Shown piece by piece: positions 8,707 to 17,437 of a stretch of DNA of 64,000 bases (the first letter of the stretch is position 1; each line of letters begins with the position of its first letter). The translations under genes and the position numbers were made by a program. The stretch comes from Candidatus Euphemobacter frigidus (GTDB taxonomy: Bacteria > Auribacterota > Erginobacteria > Erginobacterales > Erginobacteraceae), in NCBI GenBank assembly GCA_030765805.1, contig JAVCDH010000091.1:19047-83046 (forward strand), in the 5' to 3' direction. Under the pieces are notes generated by a model, which did not search any database, was not told the DNA's origin, and saw nothing but the letters and a program-made list of their open reading frames with translations.

Positions 8707-9647
8707 AGAAATTTATTATATTGATTGTGTTTTTATTCTTCGGGTTTGGTCTGCCCATTGGCCGGGCGGAGGAAGTTCCCCGTCTGGAGAGTTTTCTGGA
8801 CCGGGATGTCGTAACGGTCGGGGATCTGATCCGCTACACGCTGAAAGTGGTGGCGGAGAAGCCCGTGGAAGTTATCTTCCCTCTTTATGATGATGGGATG
8901 ATCGGCGATTTTGAGATCGGGGAGGCCGGCGGGGGGGAGAGGAAGGGGGAGAATGAGAAGATTTGGGAGAGGCGGTACCTCCTCCAGGGGTTCGAGACAG
9001 GCGACTTCACGCTCCCCGGAGCAGAAGTTACATTACGGTTCCCCGATGGGGAGGAGGAGAAGCTGCAGAGTCCCCCCCTGGGAATTACCGTCAAGAGCCT
9101 GCTCGAACCTTCGAAGGCCGAAGCGGATATCAGAGCCATCAAGCCTCCGGTCGCCCTGCCGGTCTCTTACCGGTGGGTGTTGTACGCTACAGCCGCCCTT
9201 CTTATCATTATCGCCCTGACTTTTTTTTTGATAAAGAAGGTTTTTATCAGGAAGGAGAAAATTATCCCGCCGCCGCCTCCCCGTCCCGCCCATGAGATCG
9301 CCTATGAACAGTTGAACCGGATCAAGGATGATAACCTCCCCGCCCGGGGATTGATCAAGGAATATTATACCCGGATCTCTGACACGGCTCGTCATTACCT
9401 GGAGAACCGCTTTGGATTGCGGGCGCCGGAGCGGACTACCGAGGAGTTTCTGAATGATATGGCTTCGACTGATTACCTCTCAATTAGGCAGCAGGACCTG
9501 GTAGGTGACTTCCTGGCCGAGTGCGACCAGGTTAAGTTCGCCCGTTACGGCCCCACCGAGAAGCAGATAGAGGATGTTTATGAAGCTGCCATCCGGCTCG
9601 TGGATGAGACTAAAATTTTTTCGGAGAAAAATATTAATGGGGTTTAG
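8703..9647 (+). CDS. DUF4381-like membrane protein of the Bat cluster (with BatD-N-like domain)
   Basis: Probable TTG start at 8703 overlapping the DUF58 stop (TTGA), with GGAGG 8 nt upstream. Signal peptide KKFIILIVFLFFGFGLPIGRA, TM helix, Pro-rich linker PPPPPRPAHEIAYEQLNRI and helical C-domain. Start uncertain. Confidence 0.5.
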   Translation: MKKFIILIVFLFFGFGLPIGRAEEVPRLESFLDRDVVTVGDLIRYTLKVVAEKPVEVIFPLYDDGMIGDFEIGEAGGGERKGENEKIWERRYLLQGFETGDFTLPGAEVTLRFPDGEEEKLQSPPLGITVKSLLEPSKAEADIRAIKPPVALPVSYRWVLYATAALLIIIALTFFLIKKVFIRKEKIIPPPPPRPAHEIAYEQLNRIKDDNLPARGLIKEYYTRISDTARHYLENRFGLRAPERTTEEFLNDMASTDYLSIRQQDLVGDFLAECDQVKFARYGPTEKQIEDVYEAAIRLVDETKIFSEKNINGV

Positions 9648-10641
9648 CTTTCACAATCCGGCTTTATTGTTTCTCTTGTTCCTGGTTCCGATTTATCTAT
9701 TCTTTTACTGGCGGCAGCAGAAAGGAGTGGCGATCCGATTCAGCTCGATCCGAACTCTGAAAGAGATCGGTCCCTCACCGACGGTGGTCTTCCGCCATAG
9801 CGTGGCCGTATTTCGGAGCCTGGCCATCATCTTTCTGGTCCTGGCCCTGGGCCGCCCCCAGAAAGGCGTGCGGGAGACCCGGATCACCACGGAGGGGATA
9901 GATATTGTACTGACCGTGGATGTCTCAACCAGCATGCTGGCCGAGGATTTCACCTGGGGGGGGAAACGCTATAACCGCCTGGAAGTGGCCAAGCGAGTGA
10001 TCGCGGATTTTATCCGCGAGAGGAGCGGGGACCGGATCGGAATGGTGGTCTTCGCCGGCCAGGCCTATAGCCAGTGCCCCCTGACGGTTGATTACGGCGT
10101 TTTGCTGGAGCTCCTCGACAAGGTGCGAATCGGGATGATCGAGGATAGGACCGCCATCGGGACCGCTATCGCCACCAGCCTGAACCGGCTCCGGGAGTCG
10201 GAAGCTAAGAGCAAGATCATAATCCTTCTGACCGACGGTGAGAACAATGCCGGGAAGATCGATCCTCAGACCGCGGCTAAGATGGCCGAGACATTGGAGA
10301 TCAAGATCTACACGATCGGGATCGGGAGCAAGGGTCCGGTCCCCTATCCGGTCCGTGATCCCTGGACCGGGCAGTTTGTCTATAAGCAAGTCGTGATTCC
10401 GCTCAACGACGCGAGTCTCCAGGAGATCGCTCGGACTACGAAAGGCGAATATTTTCTGGCTTCGAACACGAAGATGCTGGAGAGAATCTTCGCTACTATC
10501 GATGAACTGGAGAAGACCACCGGAGAGACGGTCATCTATACGGAATATAACGAATTATTCCCTTATCTCATCGCTCTGGGGGTGCTCTCTCTTCTGGTCG
10601 ACATCACGCTCAGAAAGACCCGTTTCCGGAGGCTTCCATGA
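9637..10641 (+). CDS. batA: von Willebrand factor A domain protein BatA-like
   Basis: Two N-terminal TM helices, then vWA MIDAS motif DIVLTVDVSTSM, LLTDGENNAG, IYTIGIGS, and a C-terminal TM helix. ATG at 9637 with GGAG upstream. Confidence 0.85.
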   Translation: MGFSFHNPALLFLLFLVPIYLFFYWRQQKGVAIRFSSIRTLKEIGPSPTVVFRHSVAVFRSLAIIFLVLALGRPQKGVRETRITTEGIDIVLTVDVSTSMLAEDFTWGGKRYNRLEVAKRVIADFIRERSGDRIGMVVFAGQAYSQCPLTVDYGVLLELLDKVRIGMIEDRTAIGTAIATSLNRLRESEAKSKIIILLTDGENNAGKIDPQTAAKMAETLEIKIYTIGIGSKGPVPYPVRDPWTGQFVYKQVVIPLNDASLQEIARTTKGEYFLASNTKMLERIFATIDELEKTTGETVIYTEYNELFPYLIALGVLSLLVDITLRKTRFRRLP

Positions 10642-11672
10642 GGTTCGGCGCTCTTAACCTGATCTGGCTCTTCCTGCTCCTCCCGATCTTGGCTATTCTC
10701 TTCCGTTGTGCATGGCTTCGCAAACGGCAGGCCGAGAATCTGTTCGCCGATCGTCCCCTCTGGGAACGGTTGAGGATCGGGGTGAGTGACTTCAAGGTCA
10801 GCGCCCGGCCGGTCTTGATCCTGGCGGTTACGGCGCTTCTGCTCTTCTCCCTTCTCCAGCCCCGGTGGGGCTACCACTGGGAGGACGTTACCAGGCTCGG
10901 AATCGACCTGATTGTCGCGGTGGATACTTCCAGGAGTATGCTGGCTGATGACGTCAAACCGAACCGCCTGGCCCTGGCCCGACGTGAAATTGAGGACCTG
11001 GCCCACCTTTTGAAAGGGGACCGGATCGGCTTGATCGCCTTCTCCGGGAGCGCATTTACGCTTTGTCCCCTCACCCTCGATTACGGCGCTTTCCGGATGT
11101 TTGTTAACGATCTTTCCGTAACCACCATCCCCCGGGGAGGGACCGATATTTCCGCGGCCATCTTGAAGGCGATAGAGGCCTTTGGCGAGGGCCCGGGCAA
11201 GCACAAGGCACTCCTGATTATATCCGACGGCGAGAACCTGGCGGGCGATTACCAGGCGGCCGCCGAGGAGGCGAAGAAGAAAGGGGTAAAGATCTTCACG
11301 ATCGGGATCGGGAGTCCCGAGGGGATACCGATAAAGCTGACCACCCCGGAAGGGACGTCATATCTCAAGGACCGGGAAGGGAATATCGTGGTCAGCAAGC
11401 TGGACGAAGCGGTACTTCAGAAGATCGCGGTGGAGACCGGGGGGGCCTATCACCGGGCGACCACCTCCGGCCTGGAGCTCGAGTTGATATATCGGGACCG
11501 GATTGCCAGGATGGACAAGAAAGAACTGGAAAGCACCCGGAAGAAGGTATATGAGCACCGTTTCCAGTGGCCCCTGGCCGTTGCCCTCCTTCTCCTGGTG
11601 CTGGAATCGATTATGGGGGAGAGAAAGTGGAAGGGGTTGAGATGGTGGTTTTTATTGAGGGAAAAAGAATGA
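10638..11672 (+). CDS. batB: von Willebrand factor A domain protein BatB-like
   Basis: ATGA overlap with batA. vWA motifs DLIVAVDTSRSM, LIISDGENLAG, IFTIGIGS; C-terminal TM helix. Confidence 0.85.
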   Translation: MRFGALNLIWLFLLLPILAILFRCAWLRKRQAENLFADRPLWERLRIGVSDFKVSARPVLILAVTALLLFSLLQPRWGYHWEDVTRLGIDLIVAVDTSRSMLADDVKPNRLALARREIEDLAHLLKGDRIGLIAFSGSAFTLCPLTLDYGAFRMFVNDLSVTTIPRGGTDISAAILKAIEAFGEGPGKHKALLIISDGENLAGDYQAAAEEAKKKGVKIFTIGIGSPEGIPIKLTTPEGTSYLKDREGNIVVSKLDEAVLQKIAVETGGAYHRATTSGLELELIYRDRIARMDKKELESTRKKVYEHRFQWPLAVALLLLVLESIMGERKWKGLRWWFLLREKE

Positions 11673-12466
11673 ACGTCCAACGTCCAACGATTTTGAACAT
11701 CGAACGTCGAACATCCAACATCCAACATCGAACCCTATATCTTCTGATTGCCGCTCTTGTGCTGGTTAATCTCGGCCTGGGGAATCCGGGGGGTTCCCTG
11801 GTTAAAGAGGGAAATCGGCTTTTCAAGGAGGGAAAGTATGACCAGGCCCTGACCAAGTATAACGAGGCCCAGTTAGAGCTTCCCGATTCGTCCGATATTT
11901 ATTACAATATAGGTGATGTTCAGTACAAGAAGAGTGACTATGAAAAAGCGGCTTCGCTCTTCCAGAAAGCGATAGAATCCAAAAATCGTACGCTTAACGC
12001 CCGGTCCGGATACAACCTTGGCAATACTCTCTTCCGGGAGGGAAACTTTGATGGTGCCGCCTCTGCCTATAAGGCATCTCTTAAACTGAACCCGGAGGAT
12101 TCGGACGCGAAGTATAACTACGAACTTGCCCGCTGGAAACAGAAAGAACAGGAACAACAACAGCAGCAGGAACAGAAGCAGGAACAGAAGCAGAAGGATC
12201 AGAAGGAGAAAGAGAAAGAGGAACAGGAGCAGGAAGATAAAGATCAGAAGGACCAACAGCAGGAACGGAAGGAAGAAGAGGAGCAGCAGCCTCAACAGCA
12301 AGATCAGGAACAGAATCAAGAGCAGCAGCAGCAGCAGCCCCAGGAGATGAACCAGGAAGACGTGGAGAGACTCCTTGACGCCATGCTCTCCGAAGAAGAG
12401 GATCAACGGGGGGAGATGATGGAACAGAGGGAGGGGGAGACGCCGGAGGTTATCAAGGACTGGTAA
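11669..12466 (+). CDS. batC: TPR-repeat protein BatC-like with Gln/Glu/Lys-rich low-complexity C-terminal region
   Basis: ATGA overlap with batB. TPR units (GNRLFKEGKYDQALTKYNEAQ...), followed by a long QEQKQEQK tract. The N-terminal 21 codons are encoded by a heptamer repeat array. Confidence 0.7.
   Translation: MNVQRPTILNIERRTSNIQHRTLYLLIAALVLVNLGLGNPGGSLVKEGNRLFKEGKYDQALTKYNEAQLELPDSSDIYYNIGDVQYKKSDYEKAASLFQKAIESKNRTLNARSGYNLGNTLFREGNFDGAASAYKASLKLNPEDSDAKYNYELARWKQKEQEQQQQQEQKQEQKQKDQKEKEKEEQEQEDKDQKDQQQERKEEEEQQPQQQDQEQNQEQQQQQPQEMNQEDVERLLDAMLSEEEDQRGEMMEQREGETPEVIKDW
11672..11742. repeat. heptamer tandem array (GAACGTC / CAACGTC / ATCGAAC / ATCCAAC units) inside the 5' end of batC
   Basis: aacgtccaacgtccaacgattttgaacatcgaacgtcgaacatccaacatccaacatcgaacc. 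It is in frame, with a total length that is a multiple of 3, directly after the batC ATG. Confidence 0.8.
12120..12400. repeat. low-complexity CAG/GAA/AAG-rich coding tract (QEQKQ... in BatC)
   Basis: Visible triplet-repeat-like composition (cagcagcag, gaacagaag) that generates spurious antisense ORFs. Confidence 0.6.
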
Positions 12467-12467
12467 T

Positions 12468-12500
12468 ACAATTTTTTCTTCAAAAAATTGTAGTTTTAAA
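12468..12500 (+). terminator. palindromic hairpin between batC and batD (possible attenuator or weak terminator)
   Basis: acaatttttt ctt c aaaaaattgt is a perfect 10-bp stem. The T/A runs lie inside the stem rather than after it, so function is uncertain. Confidence 0.25.
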
Positions 12501-12501
12501 G

Positions 12502-14364
12502 ATGAACCACAGATTACTATATTTTTTAATCGTATTCTTTATCTTAACTTCCGCGGTTAGTCGGGCTGATGAGGTCTCTTTTTCGGCGGCGGTTAACCGG
12601 AATAAGATCTCCCTTTCGGACCAACTTATCTATACACTGACTATCGAAGGAGCGCGTGATGGCCAACCGGTCCTCCCCGATATCCCGGATTTCAAGTTCC
12701 TTGGTAGATCGGTCAGCACCCAGTTCTCTTTAATCAACAATCAGACCCGGGTCAGTAAGAGTATTGACTATACCCTGATGCCTATCTCGGCGGGAACATT
12801 CACCATCCCTTCCGCGCGTCTGGCGCACGGGGGTAAGAGCTATACCACCCGTCCGATCAAGGTCATAGTCGTAAAGAGCTCCTTGCCGCCCTCGGCGATT
12901 GCCGTCTCCCGGCCGCAGGATCAAACCACAGATAGTTCCGGCCGGAGAAAGGAGGCGAGCCCTCCGCCGGAATCAGGCAGTCCACTCTTCGTCAGGACAG
13001 AGGTTGATAAGAAAGAAGCCTATGTTAATGAACAGATAACATTGACCTTCAAGCTCTTTTTTCGGGGACTGCGGATCGCTAACCTTAAATATTCACCGCC
13101 GCCCACGATCGGGTTCGTGGAAGAGAACCTTGACGATCAGAAGAGTTACAGCAAGGTTGTGGGAGGGGTGCGGTATGATGTGGTGGAGCTGTCGAAAGCG
13201 ATCTTCCCCATAAGTTCGGGAGAAGTGACGATCGGCCCGGCGGAACTCAGAGGCGATATTATCGTACCCCGTCGCTCCCGAAGTGGGAGTCTATTTGATG
13301 ACTTCTTCAGAGATCCCTTTGGTGAGCGGCAGCCGTTCGCTCTTCGTTCAAAGCCGATCCAATTGATAATTAAACCCCTCTCGCGGGAAGGCAGGCCCGG
13401 TGATTTTAAGGGGGCGGTAGGTGAATTCGGATTTGAGCTCTCCGCCAAACCGACCATTGTCAAGGTTGGCGAGCCGATCACAGTCACGATGAAGGTCACC
13501 GGGGCGGGCAATCTGGATACGGTCACCATCCCGGAGATCCCCTGCGGGGAGGAATTCAAGACATATGTGCCCGAGGTGGAGACGAGAAGAAAAGTTATTG
13601 GCGCGCGGGTAGGCGGAGAGAAGATCTTCAAGCAGGTTATTATCCCGCTCTCGGTCGATCCGAAGGAGATACCCCCTGTATCATTCAGCTACTTCAATCC
13701 CGCGTCCGGCGCGTATCGGACGATAACGGCTAAGACGATCCCGATCACGGTTGAGGCCGCGCCGGATCAGGGGCCGCTCTCTCTGGTGGAAAGTATGGCC
13801 TCCGGTGCCGGGAGGGAGCGGATCCGAATTCTAAAGAAGGACATTCTATATATTAAGGATAATCCCGGGCACCTGACACCTGCCGGCCGATTCTATTATC
13901 AGAGGCCCCTGTACTGGACGTTTCCGGTGATCTTCCTGGCGCTTCTCATTTCAGTCTGGGGTGTCCAGTCACGCAGAGAGAAACTCCGGTCCGACGTCGC
14001 CTACGCCCGGCAGGTGGGCGCCTCCCGGTCCGCGCGCAAGCGGTTCAAAACAGCCCGGGCTCATCTCAGGGCCGGCGACGCGGAGAAATATTACGGTGAA
14101 ATTCACCGGGCGTTTAACCGCTATCTGGGGGATAAGTTCGGCCTTCCGTCCGGAGCGGTCTCAAGCATGGTGGTGAGCGAAAAGTTATCGGCGGCGGACG
14201 TGGGATCGGAGATGATAAATGAGATTGAGTCCTGTTTCGCGGCTTTTGACCTGGCTCGCTTTGCCGGGTCCTCGGCGGATAAAAAGGAGATGGAATCTTT
14301 TCTCCGCCGGGTGGAGAAACTGATCGGCGATCTGGAGAAGGTTAAAATAAAATACGATGAATAA
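12502..14364 (+). CDS. batD: BatD-like oxygen-tolerance protein
   Basis: 620 aa, signal peptide, repeated beta-rich domains, TM helix near residue 470 (YWTFPVIFLALLISVWGV), cytoplasmic helical tail. Conserved position in Bat operon order. Confidence 0.8.
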   Translation: MNHRLLYFLIVFFILTSAVSRADEVSFSAAVNRNKISLSDQLIYTLTIEGARDGQPVLPDIPDFKFLGRSVSTQFSLINNQTRVSKSIDYTLMPISAGTFTIPSARLAHGGKSYTTRPIKVIVVKSSLPPSAIAVSRPQDQTTDSSGRRKEASPPPESGSPLFVRTEVDKKEAYVNEQITLTFKLFFRGLRIANLKYSPPPTIGFVEENLDDQKSYSKVVGGVRYDVVELSKAIFPISSGEVTIGPAELRGDIIVPRRSRSGSLFDDFFRDPFGERQPFALRSKPIQLIIKPLSREGRPGDFKGAVGEFGFELSAKPTIVKVGEPITVTMKVTGAGNLDTVTIPEIPCGEEFKTYVPEVETRRKVIGARVGGEKIFKQVIIPLSVDPKEIPPVSFSYFNPASGAYRTITAKTIPITVEAAPDQGPLSLVESMASGAGRERIRILKKDILYIKDNPGHLTPAGRFYYQRPLYWTFPVIFLALLISVWGVQSRREKLRSDVAYARQVGASRSARKRFKTARAHLRAGDAEKYYGEIHRAFNRYLGDKFGLPSGAVSSMVVSEKLSAADVGSEMINEIESCFAAFDLARFAGSSADKKEMESFLRRVEKLIGDLEKVKIKYDE

Positions 14365-15121
14365 GAACGTCCTGACAGCTGTCGCTATATTCTTGAGTTT
14401 CATTCCCGCGGCACGGGGGGATAGCTCGGAAGAGGAAGTCCCCTCGCTCTTCCGCCAGGCCAATGCCCTTTATGCACAGGGGAGATACACGGAAGCGGCT
14501 GACGAGTACCGCCGGATTCTCCGGGAAGGCTGGGAGAGCGGCCCGCTTTATTACAACCTGGCCAATGCCTACTTCAAAACCGGCAACCTGGGCCGGGCGA
14601 TACTGAACTACCGGAAGGCCTGGAATCTCTCGCCTCAAGATCCCGAGATCAACAAAAACCTGGAGTACGCCCGGGAAGCCCTCCGGGATGATATCGCCGC
14701 CCTTCCTCTTTCTTTATGGACCCGGGTCAAGCGGGCGGTGATCCTTCAGTTTCCTATCGGGGTCTGGATCGGGATCAGTTCGGCCTTTTATTTCCTGACC
14801 GTGCTCTGGCTGATCGCGGTACTGATGATTAAACCCTTGAAGAAGATATCGCCCCCGGTCTGGAAGACGCTCGGGTTCCTCCTGGCGCTCAGTGTCATTG
14901 TGAGCGTGGTCGCTTATAATTACTACCATACCCCCCGGGCGATCATCCTCGACCCCACGGCTACCATCCGTTATGGACCAAAAGAGACTGACGCGGCCGC
15001 TTTCGAGCTTCACGAGGGGACGGAAGTAAGAGTTGTCCGGAAGAAGGATGGCTGGCTTCAGATCTCGCTTCCGGACGGCAAGTCCGGCTGGCTCCCCGCC
15101 GAATCCCTGGGAATCATCTGA
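14357..15121 (+). CDS. batE: TPR plus SH3b-like domain protein BatE-like
   Basis: Overlaps the batD stop. TPR (NALYAQGRYTEAADEYRRIL...YYNLANAYFKTGNLGRAILNYRKA), two TM helices, and a C-terminal SH3-like motif (GTEVRVVRKKDGWLQISLPDGKSGWLP). Confidence 0.65.
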   Translation: MNKNVLTAVAIFLSFIPAARGDSSEEEVPSLFRQANALYAQGRYTEAADEYRRILREGWESGPLYYNLANAYFKTGNLGRAILNYRKAWNLSPQDPEINKNLEYAREALRDDIAALPLSLWTRVKRAVILQFPIGVWIGISSAFYFLTVLWLIAVLMIKPLKKISPPVWKTLGFLLALSVIVSVVAYNYYHTPRAIILDPTATIRYGPKETDAAAFELHEGTEVRVVRKKDGWLQISLPDGKSGWLPAESLGII

Positions 15122-15159
15122 GGGGTCAGTATAATAAGGTTGGAACTGGTCTAAAGAGA

Positions 15160-17055
15160 TTACTTCTTAAGCGACCGGGCCTTTTTGAAGAAGGCGTCGG
15201 CTTTTTCCATCTCCCCCCGGCCTTTGTAGAGCCGGGCCAGGAGGGTGTAGAACCGGGGATCTTCCGGCCAGATGGAAAGACCCCGCTGCAGGAACTCCTC
15301 CGCCCGGATGTACTCGGCGTGAGCCGCCGCTTCTTTCTCACGCGCTTTTTCTTCTCTTTTTACCGAGCGGAGCGACCTTGCTTCCCGCGAGTAGAGATCT
15401 CCCAGGTTGATGTAGCAGGCTCCCAGGTTGTAGTAGGCGAGAAGATTTTTCGGGTCCAGCTCCAGCGCTTTTTCAAAGTTCTTGATCGCCGCCCGGAGCC
15501 GGTGGTTGTTGAGATGGATCACCCCCCGGTTGACATAACCGGCCGGGTAATCAGGGAATAAAGCCAGGGAAGCCGCAATGTATTTTTCGGCGATCCGATA
15601 ATCCTTGAGATGGTCGATATAGATGACGGCCAGGTTGTTATAGGCGGAGGTGAAGGTGGGATCGATCTCGATCAGGGTTCTGAACTCGCTTGCCGCCCGC
15701 TCATAACGTCCCCGGTCGAGATAGGCCTTCCCCAGATTGCCGTGGACCCGGGCGCGGCCCGGCGCCTTCAGAACATTATCCTCCCAGAGTGTGACCGGAT
15801 TCCTCCAGACTTGGTTTCGGTGGTAGGTGAGCCAGCTGAAGAAAAATATGATCGCGGCGACGAGGAGAAAGCGGGCTCTCCGGAGCCGGGAGAGGGTGCG
15901 GTAGAAGGAAGCGAAGACCAGGACCGCCCCGAAGAGCGGGAGGTAGAGCCGGTGCTCGACGACAACATCGATGATCGGAATTATACTCGATTCCGGCAGA
16001 AGGATGATGATGAACCACCAGATGCCGAAGCCGGCCACAATAAGATTTTTTCTCTTACAGCAGTACAGAGCGATAATGACAAGAGAGATAATCGTTGCCA
16101 GATAAACAACAACTCCCGGTTCAAAGAGAGAATAAATCTTAGGATAGTCGTAATCGACCTGCTGGTTAACAGGGAGGACCAGAAGGCGGAGGTAGGTGAT
16201 GAAGACCCGGGACTGGGTGAGGAGGTAGAGGCGGGGCGACTCCCCGTGCCCGGGGGCGGTCTCATTCATGAGCCCCGCTTCCCTCAGCCATTCAACCTGC
16301 CCCGAGTCGTTGAAATGGGGGTTGTCGCTGTTTAACCGGATAACGGCCGGGATGACCAGAAGAGCGATCAGAAACGGCAGGAGCCGGATAATCCGCCCCG
16401 GCCTCAGCGTTGGAATATCACGTAAGAGCAGATACTCGACCAGAACCAGCGTCAGGGGGATGGTGATCGTGAACTCCTTAGTAAACATGGCGCAGACCGC
16501 GAACAGCAGAGAAAGGAGGTAGAAGATGAAGTAAAAATGATTATCATTCGTTGGATTCTTTGCGTCATGCTCAACGTTATTCTTTTTTTTCTGAAAGCAT
16601 TTTAGATAAAAAAGAATCGAGAGCAGGTAGAAACCGGCGGCGAGTGAGGTAGTCCGCTGGATGACATAGGTCACGGCCTGGGTTTGGAGGGGATGGGAGA
16701 GAAAGATCAGAGCGCCGATCAGGGCCGCACCTCGGTCGCCTTTCCCCAGCAATCGGCGAAGGAGGAAGTAAACCACCAGGGCGTTAAAGAGGTGAAGGAC
16801 GATATTACTCAGGTGATAGGCAAAGGGTTTGAGGGCGGAAAAATGGAAGTTTGCCGCCAGACTCAAGTAGGTAAAAAAACGGGTCGGCCAGTAGTTGAAG
16901 ATGGCTTCAGGGTCGAGACGGCGGAGAACGACGTTGTCGCGGATGGAAGGTCCGTCATCAAGATGAAATGAGGCCGAGAAAGCGTACCGATAAATGATCG
17001 CCCCGATCAGGACGAGCAGAAGGAGATGGACGGCTGTGCGAACTGCTGATTTCAT
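15160..17055 (-). CDS. membrane protein with PMT/DUF1736-type glycosyltransferase-like N-terminal TM region and C-terminal TPR repeats
   Basis: 631 aa, ATG at 17055, about 11 TM helices, then TPR units (GNLGKAYLDRGRYERAASEFRTLIEIDP, YNNLAVIY, YYNLGACYINLGD). Resembles TMTC/O-mannosyltransferase-like TPR membrane proteins. Confidence 0.65.
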   Translation of the reverse strand: MKSAVRTAVHLLLLVLIGAIIYRYAFSASFHLDDGPSIRDNVVLRRLDPEAIFNYWPTRFFTYLSLAANFHFSALKPFAYHLSNIVLHLFNALVVYFLLRRLLGKGDRGAALIGALIFLSHPLQTQAVTYVIQRTTSLAAGFYLLSILFYLKCFQKKKNNVEHDAKNPTNDNHFYFIFYLLSLLFAVCAMFTKEFTITIPLTLVLVEYLLLRDIPTLRPGRIIRLLPFLIALLVIPAVIRLNSDNPHFNDSGQVEWLREAGLMNETAPGHGESPRLYLLTQSRVFITYLRLLVLPVNQQVDYDYPKIYSLFEPGVVVYLATIISLVIIALYCCKRKNLIVAGFGIWWFIIILLPESSIIPIIDVVVEHRLYLPLFGAVLVFASFYRTLSRLRRARFLLVAAIIFFFSWLTYHRNQVWRNPVTLWEDNVLKAPGRARVHGNLGKAYLDRGRYERAASEFRTLIEIDPTFTSAYNNLAVIYIDHLKDYRIAEKYIAASLALFPDYPAGYVNRGVIHLNNHRLRAAIKNFEKALELDPKNLLAYYNLGACYINLGDLYSREARSLRSVKREEKAREKEAAAHAEYIRAEEFLQRGLSIWPEDPRFYTLLARLYKGRGEMEKADAFFKKARSLKK

Positions 17056-17152
17056 GTTAAAATTTTTTCACCGCCACGACTATCAGGGTTCACAAAACTT
17101 TAGGATATAATGAGACGGCCTGAACCACAAAGCTTTATTTTCGGATTGATAC

Positions 17153-17181
17153 TTGACGTCGTACTGGCAATATACTATCTT
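17153..17181 (+). promoter_or_regulatory. putative sigma-70 promoter for tRNA-fMet
   Basis: TTGACG (17153-17158), a 17-nt spacer, then TATCTT (17176-17181), about 11 nt upstream of the tRNA 5' end. Confidence 0.4.
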
Positions 17182-17192
17182 ATATCACACGA

Positions 17193-17266
<74 letters not shown>

Positions 17267-17273
17267 CTAAAAA

Positions 17274-17303
17274 AGGCCAGGGTCACGACCCGGGCCTTTT
17301 TTT
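17274..17303 (+). terminator. rho-independent terminator after tRNA-fMet
   Basis: GC-rich hairpin ggccagggtc acg acccgggcc followed by ttttttt. Confidence 0.7.
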
Positions 17304-17348
17304 ATAGCTGAAGGACCCACTTAAGCATAAAGTGAATCATACCAATGC

Positions 17349-17379
17349 TTGACGTTTTACATTTTTCAATGATATAATA
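17349..17379 (+). promoter_or_regulatory. putative sigma-70 promoter for the 17438 gene
   Basis: TTGACG (17349-17354), a roughly 19-nt spacer, then TATAAT (17374-17379). Two short inverted repeats follow: agtagag...ctctact, and tgttttttc gca gaaaaaaca right before the ATG. Confidence 0.4.
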
Positions 17380-17437
17380 TAAAGTAGAGACTGAAGATCT
17401 CTACTTTATAGCTCTTGTTTTTTCGCAGAAAAAACAG

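Noticed and set aside
10563-11204. 213-aa ORF antisense to batB.
   Set aside because: Opposite a strongly supported vWA-domain CDS; low-complexity Pro/Gly/Arg composition typical of GC-rich antisense frames.
11873-12406. 177-aa Leu-rich ORF antisense to the batC low-complexity tract.
   Set aside because: Generated by the triplet-repeat-like DNA (CTG/CTT complement of CAG/AAG); no start signal or domain.
15610-16335. 241-aa + strand ORF inside the TPR membrane-protein gene.
   Set aside because: Antisense to a 631-aa CDS with clear TM/TPR structure; Asp/Glu/Gly-rich nonsense composition.
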